This document shows, piece by piece, positions 28,357 through 36,828 of a stretch of 64,000 nt of DNA. The first letter of the stretch is position 1. Each line of letters opens with the position of its first letter. This DNA comes from Parcubacteria group bacterium (GTDB lineage Bacteria > Patescibacteriota > Minisyncoccia > Phycocordibacterales > UBA2100): the NCBI GenBank assembly GCA_943358385.1, contig CALRGX010000003.1, positions 2,771 to 66,770 on the forward strand. Direction: 5' to 3'. The notes beneath the pieces are model-generated. The model was not told the origin of the DNA, searched no databases, and was given only the letters and a program-made list of their open reading frames with translations. The position numbers were made by a program, and so were the translations under genes.

Positions 28357-29652
28357 ATGACATTCATACGCTCGATCGTAACGATGATTCTGACCTGGGA
28401 AGCTCGACTGATACTAAAAAAATATACGCCTTTTATTGTGGCGGTGACGGGTAGTGTGGGAAAGACAACGACCAAAGATGCGATTTACACGGTCCTCTCC
28501 AAGGACCGTGACACGCGCAAAAGCGATAAAAGTTTAAATAGTGAGCTCGGTATCCCGCTTACCATCATTGGTGCGGAAAGTGGCTGGTGGAACCCTATTT
28601 CGTGGCTCACCATCATGTGGAAAGGGCTGCTGTTGATTATTCTCCCCACGCGCTATCCAGAGGTGCTGGTTTTGGAAGTAGGGGCAGATCATCCTGGCGA
28701 TGTACGCCGTGCCGCGGTATGGCTCAAGCCGCACATTGCGGTGATCACGGGGATCCCCGAAATTCCTGCACACGTAGAATTTTTTGATTCACCTGATGCG
28801 GTGGTGAAGGAGAAAAAAGAATTAGCGCTGCATGTGCGTTCGGGCGGCTCGGTTATTTTGAATGGCGATGATGAACGTACTCGAGCCATGCATAGTGAGT
28901 TTCGCGCAACCGCGGTGCGCTATGGCCTCACCGCCGGAAACGAATTTACTGCATCACACGAAAGCGTGGTGTATCAGCAAGATGCACCACGAGGGATGCG
29001 TTTTCGTGTGGATCACAGTGGCTCGTCGGTCCCTATTACCATCATGGGTGCCCTAGGGCGCACACATATCCTGCCGTCTTTGGCAGCGTGTGCCGTTGCT
29101 GATGCAATGGGTATCGATCTGGTCGCTGCAGGCGGCGCACTTTTGTCGCATGAGCCAGGGCCAGGCCGTATGCGCGTGATCGAAGGCCTAGGGGGCAGCA
29201 CTATTATCGACGATACCTACAACGCCTCGCCTGCGGCCGTTGCTGCGGCCCTACAGACCCTACACGAGCTGGAAACAGGAGGGCGAAAGATTGCGCTTTT
29301 GGGCGACATGCTTGAATTGGGCAAATACAGTAACGCCGCACACGATGCGGTTGGCGCACAGGCGAGCGGCATTGTTTCTGAATTGGTGACGGTAGGCACT
29401 GAGGCAGCACGTATCGCAGAAAGTGCGCGTAATGCAGGACTCAACCCTGATCGTATTGTGGAATACAAACGAGGTGAATCACTCGCTGCTGGCGAGGCAT
29501 GTGCCAAGCAAATTCGCGAAGGCGATGTCATTTTAGTGAAAGGCTCGCAAGGTATTCGCATGGAGCGTGCGGTAAAGGCATTGATGGCCGAACCGCATCG
29601 GGCAAAAGAATTGCTGGTGCGCCAGAGCGATGAGTGGCTCGCGCTACCGTAG
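28357..29652 (+). CDS. murF: UDP-MurNAc-tripeptide--D-Ala-D-Ala ligase MurF
   Basis: VAVTGSVGKTTTKD P-loop and Mur ligase middle and C-terminal domains. Confidence 0.9.
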   Translation: MTFIRSIVTMILTWEARLILKKYTPFIVAVTGSVGKTTTKDAIYTVLSKDRDTRKSDKSLNSELGIPLTIIGAESGWWNPISWLTIMWKGLLLIILPTRYPEVLVLEVGADHPGDVRRAAVWLKPHIAVITGIPEIPAHVEFFDSPDAVVKEKKELALHVRSGGSVILNGDDERTRAMHSEFRATAVRYGLTAGNEFTASHESVVYQQDAPRGMRFRVDHSGSSVPITIMGALGRTHILPSLAACAVADAMGIDLVAAGGALLSHEPGPGRMRVIEGLGGSTIIDDTYNASPAAVAAALQTLHELETGGRKIALLGDMLELGKYSNAAHDAVGAQASGIVSELVTVGTEAARIAESARNAGLNPDRIVEYKRGESLAAGEACAKQIREGDVILVKGSQGIRMERAVKALMAEPHRAKELLVRQSDEWLALP

Positions 29653-29746
29653 GTCATACGTCTTGACTCACTACGCCTTGTCTTATGGGGGTAGAATATT
29701 TTTTATATCGTAACAGTCGTGCGCGTACAAATATAAGGAACACCAT

Positions 29747-30022
29747 ATGAGCAACCTACACAACACGGGCCCGTCACTTTTCGCGAGCGAAGCAGAGGCA
29801 CTTCTGGCACCTGGGAAAATCGTTCGGCATTATAAAGGCGGCATCTACCGCATTATCGACGAACACGTGCGTCACAGTGAGACGCTGGAAGAAGGCGTGC
29901 TCTACGAGCATCTGTGGCCCAACAAGCATGGGTTTTGGTTTCGACCTGTAGCCATGTTCTGGGGGAATGTAGAGCCAGAGAAGGGTGGTGGGCCGCGATT
30001 TACCGTTGTAGATAGGGAATAG
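29747..30022 (+). CDS. DUF1653-like small protein
   Basis: YKGGIYRIIDEHVRHSETLEEGVLYEHLWPN pattern matching the DUF1653 family. Confidence 0.55.
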   Translation: MSNLHNTGPSLFASEAEALLAPGKIVRHYKGGIYRIIDEHVRHSETLEEGVLYEHLWPNKHGFWFRPVAMFWGNVEPEKGGGPRFTVVDRE

Positions 30023-30062
30023 GGACAAGGGTTTAGGGATTAGCGTATAGAAAGGATAAGCA
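30003..30062 (+). repeat. Purine-rich intergenic repeat (family member A)
   Basis: agggacaagggtttagggattagcgtatagaaaggataagcaggaaga. Confidence 0.55.
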
Positions 30063-30079
30063 GGAAGACAAAAAAAGAA

Positions 30080-30104
30080 GAGGCCGGCGCATAGCGCCGG
30101 CCTC
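30080..30104 (-). terminator. Rho-independent terminator for the minus-strand two-gene unit
   Basis: gaggccggcgc-ata-gcgccggcctc, with tttttttct on the minus strand after the stem. Confidence 0.7.
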
Positions 30105-30125
30105 GATGCCTCTCTGGTGCTCACA

Positions 30126-30236
30126 CTAGCCATGGATAATCCACGGGAGTGCGATGATGGCCGAAAGTGCGAGCGCAAGCGCGATACCGAGTGCAATACC
30201 CCAGTATCCGAGCTTGTGCGTGCCTTCGTAGATCAT
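30126..30236 (-). CDS. Small hydrophobic peptide (36 aa: MIYEGTHKLGYWGIALGIALALALSAIIALPWIIHG)
   Basis: AAGGAGAG RBS 6 nt before the ATG. One TM helix. Terminator directly downstream. Too short for the ORF track. Confidence 0.4.
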   Translation of the reverse strand: MIYEGTHKLGYWGIALGIALALALSAIIALPWIIHG

Positions 30237-30253
30237 ATGTCTCTCCTTCGTTG

Positions 30254-30634
30254 CTACTTCTTTCGCTTCTTGGTTCTTTTGCCTTTGTTGCTGCCCTTGC
30301 GCTCACTTTTGGGTGGGGGCGGTGTAGGCAGATTTTCCGTGACTTGTCCCAACTCAACACTCAGTGAATCAAGTGCGTCGACTGCAGCTTCTACCCGGGC
30401 CATTGCTTCGTCTTGGAATACTTCCCATGTAGTGTTGAGTTGTACACGCAGTGCAGCAATCTGACTCGGGTCAGCTTTCACACGTTCGAGTTGCGTGAGG
30501 AACTGCTCGAGTGCGTGGTGCAATTGGGCACCGTCGTTGTTCAGAACGTGAGACGCGAGCTTCAATTCCGTGAGTAAGCGAGCAATACTTCCTGCAAGCT
30601 CGGCAAATCGCCGCTTGGTGATTTCGTCGGGCAT
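30254..30634 (-). CDS. Hypothetical coiled-coil protein with a Lys-rich C-terminal tail
   Basis: ORF with Met start MPDEITKRRF. Ends in KGSNKGKRTKKRKK. Confidence 0.4.
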   Translation of the reverse strand: MPDEITKRRFAELAGSIARLLTELKLASHVLNNDGAQLHHALEQFLTQLERVKADPSQIAALRVQLNTTWEVFQDEAMARVEAAVDALDSLSVELGQVTENLPTPPPPKSERKGSNKGKRTKKRKK

Positions 30635-30834
30635 AAGAGCCTCCCTATGCTTCAGCTGCCATGTTTCTATCACAGTATATCCATCCTCCAAAGGTACCCA
30701 AGTGGTAGGGGAACACTTTTGCATCGCGGCATAAAAAATCGTATGATATCGGGGCTTTGGCAGGGCGTGTGTTCTACTATGCTTTGCCTCAGCATCTGTC
30801 CTGGGTTTAGTGTCTGGTTTGTATTTGGGGCAGC

Positions 30835-30878
30835 GGCGCTATACCCTAAAACCTAAACCCTACTCCCTTGGCTTTCAT
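30835..30878 (-). repeat. Purine-rich intergenic repeat, partial (family member D, minus orientation)
   Basis: Reverse complement reads ccaagggagtagggtttaggttttagggtatagcg. Confidence 0.5.
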
Positions 30879-30950
30879 GGCCCTATCGTCTAGCGGCTAG
30901 GACACGGCCTTCTCAAGGCTGTAACCGGGGTTCGATTCCCCGTAGGGTCA
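30879..30950 (+). tRNA. tRNA-Glu (anticodon CTC)
   Basis: Cloverleaf with acceptor GGCCCTA/TAGGGTC, D-arm GTCT-AGCGGCTA-GGAC, anticodon loop TTCTCAA and T-arm CGGGG-TTCGATT-CCCCG. Resembles E. coli tRNA-Glu. Confidence 0.85.
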
Positions 30951-32476
30951 CATTCAGAAACTTGGTCGGAAGTAAGCGCGAAATCTGGGCGCGCCGAAGG
31001 CGCGCTGTATGGCGAGGGAATGAAATCCGTCTTGCGGGCGCGGGCGAATTCGGAGGGCGGGCAAAATGAGATCGAAATAGTTTTGTCTTTTAGCGCGGGG
31101 TTCGTTCCGAAGGAACGCAGAAAATCTCGCATTTCGTGGAGATTTTCACTGGTTGCCAGAAACCCCGCGCGTTTTGAATCCAAAATCCACTTCCGCAGGG
31201 GTTCGACCCAATTCTTTCTCTCGGCTCGGGCAGATGAAGATTTTGCTTGAAGCGAGCTCCTTTGACGCATGAGCGCGTCCTTTTTCGTTAGATATATGTC
31301 GCGCTCAATATCGTGGTTTAAGTACAAATCCACGAGTGCGTCGAGCTTCGCTTCAAGCGTTTTCAAATCTTCCTTCATCTGCCCGAGCCGATTTCCCGAA
31401 GCGTGAATTTCGTCATGCTCAAAAACCTCTACTTTTTTGAGCATATAATTTGCCCACGCTTCGGGAAGCGACACTGTTTGAAGCTGTTCCTTTACTTGGA
31501 GAGCGAGCGCATCTTCCTGCAAATATCCTTGACCACATTTTCCTTTCTTTTTCGTACAACGATAATAGCGATACCGACCGCCCATTTTTCCAGTACACCA
31601 TTGAGCAGTTATCATCGAGCCACATTCCCCACAACGAAAAAGTCCGGTGAAAGGAAAATTGTGAGATATTTTGCTATGCCTCGGATGCGCTCGCACGAGA
31701 AGTTGTTTCTGCACAGCTTCAAACAGTGTCGGAGAAAGAATTGGCGCAAAGCTTCCGGGAAAATATTCCTCACGATGCTTGGTAAATCCCAAGTATGCAC
31801 GATTCGTCAAGATCCTTTTCACGGAAGCTTTGCCAAGGGGCGTTCCGGACTTTTGAGCAACACCGTGGTCAGCCAAAAATTGCGACAACGAAATGAGGGT
31901 ATGTGTTCCTTTTACATACTCGCCAAACGCGCGCACAATAATTTTAGATTTCACCGGATTAGGTTCGATATTTCGTGTGGTGGGGTTGTTCACATACCCG
32001 AATGGAGCGCGGGTTAGCCATTCTCCGCGTCGCAATTTTTGGCGCATACCTCGCTCAACATTTTGCTTCAAATTGTCGGAATAATATTTGCTCTGTCCGA
32101 ACGCCACTTGAAGCATAAATAGCCCCTGCGGAGTGGGTTCAAACCAAAATGTCGGAAAACGCAAAGAGATGATTTTTGAAGTGTCTACGGCGTAAATGAT
32201 GCGTCCTCCGTCAATACTATTTCTCGCTAGTCGGTCAGGATGCCATGCGAGGATGCCAACATTGCCTAACTTATCAATTTTGAGCATCATTTCGCCGAAC
32301 ACTTCTCGTCCCGGACTCTTTGCGCTTTTCGACTCTTGAAATTCCTCAAGAATTTCAAGATTTTCTCTGCTCGCAAATTCACGAAGTTCCACAAGTTGAG
32401 CTGGAATACTCATCACTTGCTTATCGTCATCTTCGGTGCTCTTGCGAGCATAGAGAAAATATTTTGGTTTGTTCAT
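30890..32476 (-). CDS. Large serine recombinase (resolvase catalytic domain, recombinase domain, zinc-ribbon, coiled-coil)
   Basis: YARKSTEDDDKQVMSIPAQ with catalytic Ser, and a DRLAR motif. CGECGS...YYRCTKKKGKCGQGY zinc ribbon. The last ~57 codons are encoded by IR-A plus the antisense of tRNA-Glu. Confidence 0.85.
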   Translation of the reverse strand: MNKPKYFLYARKSTEDDDKQVMSIPAQLVELREFASRENLEILEEFQESKSAKSPGREVFGEMMLKIDKLGNVGILAWHPDRLARNSIDGGRIIYAVDTSKIISLRFPTFWFEPTPQGLFMLQVAFGQSKYYSDNLKQNVERGMRQKLRRGEWLTRAPFGYVNNPTTRNIEPNPVKSKIIVRAFGEYVKGTHTLISLSQFLADHGVAQKSGTPLGKASVKRILTNRAYLGFTKHREEYFPGSFAPILSPTLFEAVQKQLLVRAHPRHSKISHNFPFTGLFRCGECGSMITAQWCTGKMGGRYRYYRCTKKKGKCGQGYLQEDALALQVKEQLQTVSLPEAWANYMLKKVEVFEHDEIHASGNRLGQMKEDLKTLEAKLDALVDLYLNHDIERDIYLTKKDALMRQRSSLQAKSSSARAERKNWVEPLRKWILDSKRAGFLATSENLHEMRDFLRSFGTNPALKDKTISISFCPPSEFARARKTDFIPSPYSAPSARPDFALTSDQVSECDPTGNRTPVTALRRPCPSR

Positions 32477-32646
32477 AAATAGTTTTTGGATTCAAAAAAA
32501 GAAACTATTAAGATCTCATTTCTTGCTTTCCGCCCGCCCTCCGAATTCGCCCGCGCCCGCAAGACGGATTTCATTCCCTCGCCATACAGCGCGCCTTCGG
32601 CGCGCCCAGATTTCGCGCTTACTTCCGACCAAGTTTCTGAATGTGA
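30948..32646 (-). mobile_element. Large serine recombinase gene bounded by perfect 115-bp inverted repeats (IR-A), abutting the tRNA-Glu 3' end
   Basis: 30948-31062 is the exact reverse complement of 32532-32646. The left IR starts in the last 3 nt of tRNA-Glu. Confidence 0.8.
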
Positions 32647-32866
32647 TCTAATCATATCCTTTGCGCGAACCTTTTTCGAGAGCTAATCGCACGCTCCGCG
32701 TGCGTGGTGGCTTTAGACCAATGCGTACGCTCCGATTGCGTGGTGACTCTCACAATCCGACCAGCGCCTCGCGGACTCGGCGCTCCGCCCTCGCCCCGTT
32801 CCGCCTTTCCATACTTATTTTTTCGCGGGGGGGGATTTTTTTAAAATTGAATGGGCGGAAACGGGG
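32644..32866 (+). repeat. IR-B left copy (223 bp)
   Basis: Reverse complement of 38872-39092. Internal ~22-bp subrepeats (acgctccg..tgcgtggtg x2). G8 and T7 homopolymer tracts (the right copy has C6 and A7). Confidence 0.85.
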
Positions 32867-32872
32867 CGAGGG

Positions 32873-33298
32873 CTACGAACGTAACTTCTTATAAAGAACA
32901 AATCCTATAAACATAGCCGCACCTCCTATCACGAGATGTGGCGTGTTAAGAACCAATCTCGTAAACATATCTGCAACTGGCTCTGTATCAAAATGAAAAA
33001 GATTGAGATTGAGGTATGCTTTACCAGCAAAAACTCCCACGACACCGTCAAGGAAATAAGCTGTCCCAAATGCTCTAAAATAGAACAAGGCGGCGCCACG
33101 AGAATACCACGCTGCAAGTGCAGCCCAGATTCCGGAGAGGATATGCAGATTGTTTGCTATGGGTTCAAGTTTGAAAAAGCCGAATATCAAGCCGTTTTCC
33201 GCAATAATGAAAGGCATGTAATTCATTGCAGCCAAAAAAGTAAACATAGCTGTAAATAACCACGCCAAATTTTGAACTGTAAAATATTTATAGACCAT
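32873..33298 (-). CDS. Small polytopic membrane protein (141 aa), DUF4383-like guess
   Basis: Four predicted TM helices. First gene inside the IR-B cassette. Confidence 0.4.
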   Translation of the reverse strand: MVYKYFTVQNLAWLFTAMFTFLAAMNYMPFIIAENGLIFGFFKLEPIANNLHILSGIWAALAAWYSRGAALFYFRAFGTAYFLDGVVGVFAGKAYLNLNLFHFDTEPVADMFTRLVLNTPHLVIGGAAMFIGFVLYKKLRS

Positions 33299-33359
33299 GA
33301 GGGTGTCGCTAGTTATTAGTAAAATGTATTATAATAATAGCACAGCTTAAATACGTCCT

Positions 33360-34964
33360 GTGGCAAAACTACGATCACACTTGAAACCGAAAATCTCAAG
33401 CATCCTGCTTGTCTTTTTTGCGCTTCTCGCCTTGATTCTTGGAAAGAAAACATACGATCTCGCCGCCGCGCCGAAAAATGAGAGAGATTGCAATTTTGTC
33501 TATCCGTATACGACCGATAAAACAACGATTGAAATACGATATTCCGGTTTGGATGAATCAGGACTCGAAGTGCTTCAAAAGGGCGGGACGATCAATGATG
33601 CGAGCTGTCTCAATAAAACGAATGTATATGCGATTGTGCAGGTCAGGAGCGAGGACGATATCGAGGCCGCGCTCCAATTCGCCCGTGAGCATGATCTCAA
33701 AGTCACTCCTGCAGGTGAGCATCACAGTATGGGCGGACAGAGTTTCTCCCGCGGTGGTCTCGTGCTCGACATGCGAGAGTTTGACCAGATAAAGGTAGAC
33801 AAAGCAAACAAGATACTCAATGTACAAAGCGGCGCGTCATGGAAAGAAGTACAGGCAGTGCTTGATCCGTTGGGACTTGCGGTAAAGGCGATGCAATCCA
33901 TCAACATCTTCACAGTGGGAGGAACGCTAAGCGTCAATGCTCACGGCATTGTGCATGATCCGGGACAGATCGCCCCGACGGTGCGTCAGATTCGAGTCAT
34001 GTTGAGTTCCGGAGAAATTAAAACTGCAAGCCCCACCATAAATCCTGAATTGTTTAGCGCTGTGCTCGGCGGCTACGGCCTCTCCGGCATTATTCTCGAT
34101 GTTGATCTTGATATCGTTGACAACGAGTCATATGCGTGGAAGACGGAATACATGGATTTCAAAGATTTTCCCGAATATTATCGGAACGAGATTATCGGGA
34201 ACGACGACGTCGGACTTTTTTATGCGCGACTCTCGATTGCGCCGGGCTCTTATCTCACAGAGACGGCAATTCATCGGTATGAAAAACTTGATTTTGAGAT
34301 GGAGCCGGAGCCGCTACGGGGTGCATCAAAAGTTTGGATAAAGCGTCTTATCTTCAATATTTCAAAAACCGGAGGACTTGGCCGATGGATGCGCTGGACT
34401 ACCGAAAAATATCTTGAGCCGGGCGTGCATACCTGTATCTCCCGCAACCAAGCGATTGCGACTGGCCATGAGGAGGAGATTTGTGTGGCAAGTCGAAACA
34501 ACAAAATGAATCAATCAATGGAATACCTTGACGTCCGACAGAAAGATACCAACATCCTGCACGAATACTTTATCCCTCTTGAAAACTCGGTAGCGTTTAT
34601 CGAGGGATTGAAAAAAGTAGTAAGGGAGGATGACGTAAATCTTTTGAATGTGACCCTGCGCATCGTCACGAAGGATACGATTACCGCGCTGCCATACGCA
34701 AAAGACGACCGCATCGCATTCGTGCTTTACTTCAATCAAAAATTGAACGAAAAGGACAGCAAGAAATTGGAGAAAGCGACCGTGGACTTGATTGATCTCG
34801 CTGTTGCAAACGGAGGAACATATTATCTCCCGTATCAACTCTATTACTCAAAAGAACAGTTGCGCGCAGCGTATCCCGAAATAGACCGCTTCTTTGGACT
34901 GAAGCACAGATATGACCCGATTGGTTTATTCTCTAACTCCTTTTACGAAAAGTACGGCGACTGA
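33360..34964 (+). CDS. FAD-linked oxidoreductase (FAD_binding_4 / vanillyl-alcohol-oxidase or DprE1-like fold) with N-terminal TM anchor
   Basis: LKVTPAGEHHSMGGQSFSRGGLVLDM FAD-binding (PCMH) motif. 534 aa. N-terminal TM. Confidence 0.7.
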   Translation: MAKLRSHLKPKISSILLVFFALLALILGKKTYDLAAAPKNERDCNFVYPYTTDKTTIEIRYSGLDESGLEVLQKGGTINDASCLNKTNVYAIVQVRSEDDIEAALQFAREHDLKVTPAGEHHSMGGQSFSRGGLVLDMREFDQIKVDKANKILNVQSGASWKEVQAVLDPLGLAVKAMQSINIFTVGGTLSVNAHGIVHDPGQIAPTVRQIRVMLSSGEIKTASPTINPELFSAVLGGYGLSGIILDVDLDIVDNESYAWKTEYMDFKDFPEYYRNEIIGNDDVGLFYARLSIAPGSYLTETAIHRYEKLDFEMEPEPLRGASKVWIKRLIFNISKTGGLGRWMRWTTEKYLEPGVHTCISRNQAIATGHEEEICVASRNNKMNQSMEYLDVRQKDTNILHEYFIPLENSVAFIEGLKKVVREDDVNLLNVTLRIVTKDTITALPYAKDDRIAFVLYFNQKLNEKDSKKLEKATVDLIDLAVANGGTYYLPYQLYYSKEQLRAAYPEIDRFFGLKHRYDPIGLFSNSFYEKYGD

Positions 34965-35891
34965 TTAGCGGTGTTCATACTTATCCCGCATCTTCTTCGC
35001 AAGTGGTGGTTCGTCCGTGACGAGGCCGTATGAATTCTTGCGAAGCGCGAAGTCAACCGACGTTTCGTCGTTGACCGACCAGAGAAACACCGGGTATCCC
35101 TTCGCAAGGAGTTTATCGATCACGGCTTCATCAACTTGATACTGAATACTGACCGCATCGGGCTTTACAAGTTTTCTAATCAGAGTCCGCGTCCACTCCG
35201 TTTGTAAGTACCACGGCAATGTAACTCGGTCTTCTTCCTTCGTTTCCGCAATCCGTTTCGGATCCCACCCTGTATCCATGAATATGAAAACCGTCTTGAT
35301 GCGCGGATCCATTTTTTTGAGGCGATGCAGGACAACCGGATTGAACGAACTTATATACACCCGCTCATACGCATTATGTTTTGCTAGTACCTCGTTCACG
35401 CGCCGCTCGATGCCTGTATCCGACGCGGCGGGCACTTTCAACTCAACCATCAGGTATGCATCGGGTGTTATCTCCTTGACAAAATCCTCGAACGTCTTGA
35501 TGTATACGCCAGAAAATCCGTTCCCATACTTTGTTCCGAGATCATACGTTTGCAGTTCTGTAAGCGTCTTTGCATCAATGCGGCCTTCGCCCGTTGTAAA
35601 CCGCTCAAGGGACACGTCATGGAAAATCACCACTTCTTCATCCTGCGAGAATTGAGCATCAACATCTACACCGTCAAACCCTTGTGCAACGGCAATTCGC
35701 GCTCCCTCCAAGCTGTTGTCAGGCGCATGATTACCAAAACCGCGATGTGCAAACACCAATATTTGTTCGTCAGTTGAAATTAAGCCTTTGTATTTTGGCT
35801 CGTATAAAAACAGGTACGCTGGAAGTGCAACGACCACCAAGACAATAACCGAGGTGTATTTGAATATTTTTCCTTTTGCGAAAGTGGGCAT
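34965..35891 (-). CDS. Glycerophosphodiester phosphodiesterase family protein, membrane-anchored
   Basis: HRGFGNHAPDNSLEG and FDGVDVDAQFSQDEEVVIFHD GDPD catalytic motifs. Confidence 0.75.
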   Translation of the reverse strand: MPTFAKGKIFKYTSVIVLVVVALPAYLFLYEPKYKGLISTDEQILVFAHRGFGNHAPDNSLEGARIAVAQGFDGVDVDAQFSQDEEVVIFHDVSLERFTTGEGRIDAKTLTELQTYDLGTKYGNGFSGVYIKTFEDFVKEITPDAYLMVELKVPAASDTGIERRVNEVLAKHNAYERVYISSFNPVVLHRLKKMDPRIKTVFIFMDTGWDPKRIAETKEEDRVTLPWYLQTEWTRTLIRKLVKPDAVSIQYQVDEAVIDKLLAKGYPVFLWSVNDETSVDFALRKNSYGLVTDEPPLAKKMRDKYEHR

Positions 35892-35940
35892 ATTCTCCTA
35901 TATCAAGATATACTAACAGTATACTTCCTTTCACAAACGA

Positions 35941-36828
35941 ATGACATTCTCTGCTTTCAAAAAACATAAGGTGGTGCGCTTGATTGCGCGAGTGGCTATC
36001 GGTACAGTCGTACTTTTCGCAATTCTTGTGTTATCACTTCTGTTGTTTCGCGAGCCTTCAAACGATAGGGATTGGGCGTTTGATCAGTCAATATTGCCGT
36101 ATGCAATTTTTGACGGCGACATAGTGACGATAAAAAATATCCGCAACTTCTCCTATGCGTCGCGCAACGAATATGCGCCAAACTATTACGACAAGACGTT
36201 TGATTTACGAACGATAGAATCAGTGGATTATATTGTTGAGCCACTTGCCAGCATCGCCGCCGCGCACACGTTTTTGAGTTTCGGCTTTAAGAATGGCGAT
36301 CATGTTGCCATCTCCATTGAAATACGAAAAGAAAAGGGCGAGGAATTTTCCCCGTTCCGAGCACTCGTCAACGAGTACGAGATCATGTATGTCATCGTTG
36401 ATGAGCGCGACACTATACAACTCCGTGCTATACATCGGGACAACCCTGTTTATCTCTATTCTGCCAAAGTATCGCCTGATAAGATAAGACCGCTATTCGT
36501 TGATATACTGGAGCGAGCAAACAAGCTGAAAGAGAAGCCGGAATTTTACAACACTCTTACAAACACCTGCGCAACGAACATTGCAGACCATATCAACAAT
36601 ATCTCGCCTGGACGCATCTCGTTTGATTGGCGAATTTTGCTTCCACTTGATTCCGATCAATTTGCCTACGAACTTGGATTGATTGACAACTCACTGCCGT
36701 TTGAGGAAGTACGCCAGAAACATCTTATAAACGATTTTATAAAAGAGTACGCAGACGACCCCGACTTTTCCGTCAAGATACGCGAAGCGCAACAGCGCTC
36801 GCTCGCTAATACCGACTCATCCCAGTAA
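35941..36828 (+). CDS. DUF4105-like (Lnb N-terminal-domain-like) protein
   Basis: N-terminal TM. YNTLTNTCATN motif resembling the DUF4105 signature. Confidence 0.5.
   Translation: MTFSAFKKHKVVRLIARVAIGTVVLFAILVLSLLLFREPSNDRDWAFDQSILPYAIFDGDIVTIKNIRNFSYASRNEYAPNYYDKTFDLRTIESVDYIVEPLASIAAAHTFLSFGFKNGDHVAISIEIRKEKGEEFSPFRALVNEYEIMYVIVDERDTIQLRAIHRDNPVYLYSAKVSPDKIRPLFVDILERANKLKEKPEFYNTLTNTCATNIADHINNISPGRISFDWRILLPLDSDQFAYELGLIDNSLPFEEVRQKHLINDFIKEYADDPDFSVKIREAQQRSLANTDSSQ

Noticed and set aside
32661-32894. 77-aa ORF inside IR-B left, and its 95-aa mirror at 38788-39075 inside IR-B right
   Set aside because: They exist only because the repeat is duplicated. The two copies diverge after the homopolymer tract, which shifts the frame. 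The product is Arg-rich and low-complexity. Most likely non-coding repeat sequence.
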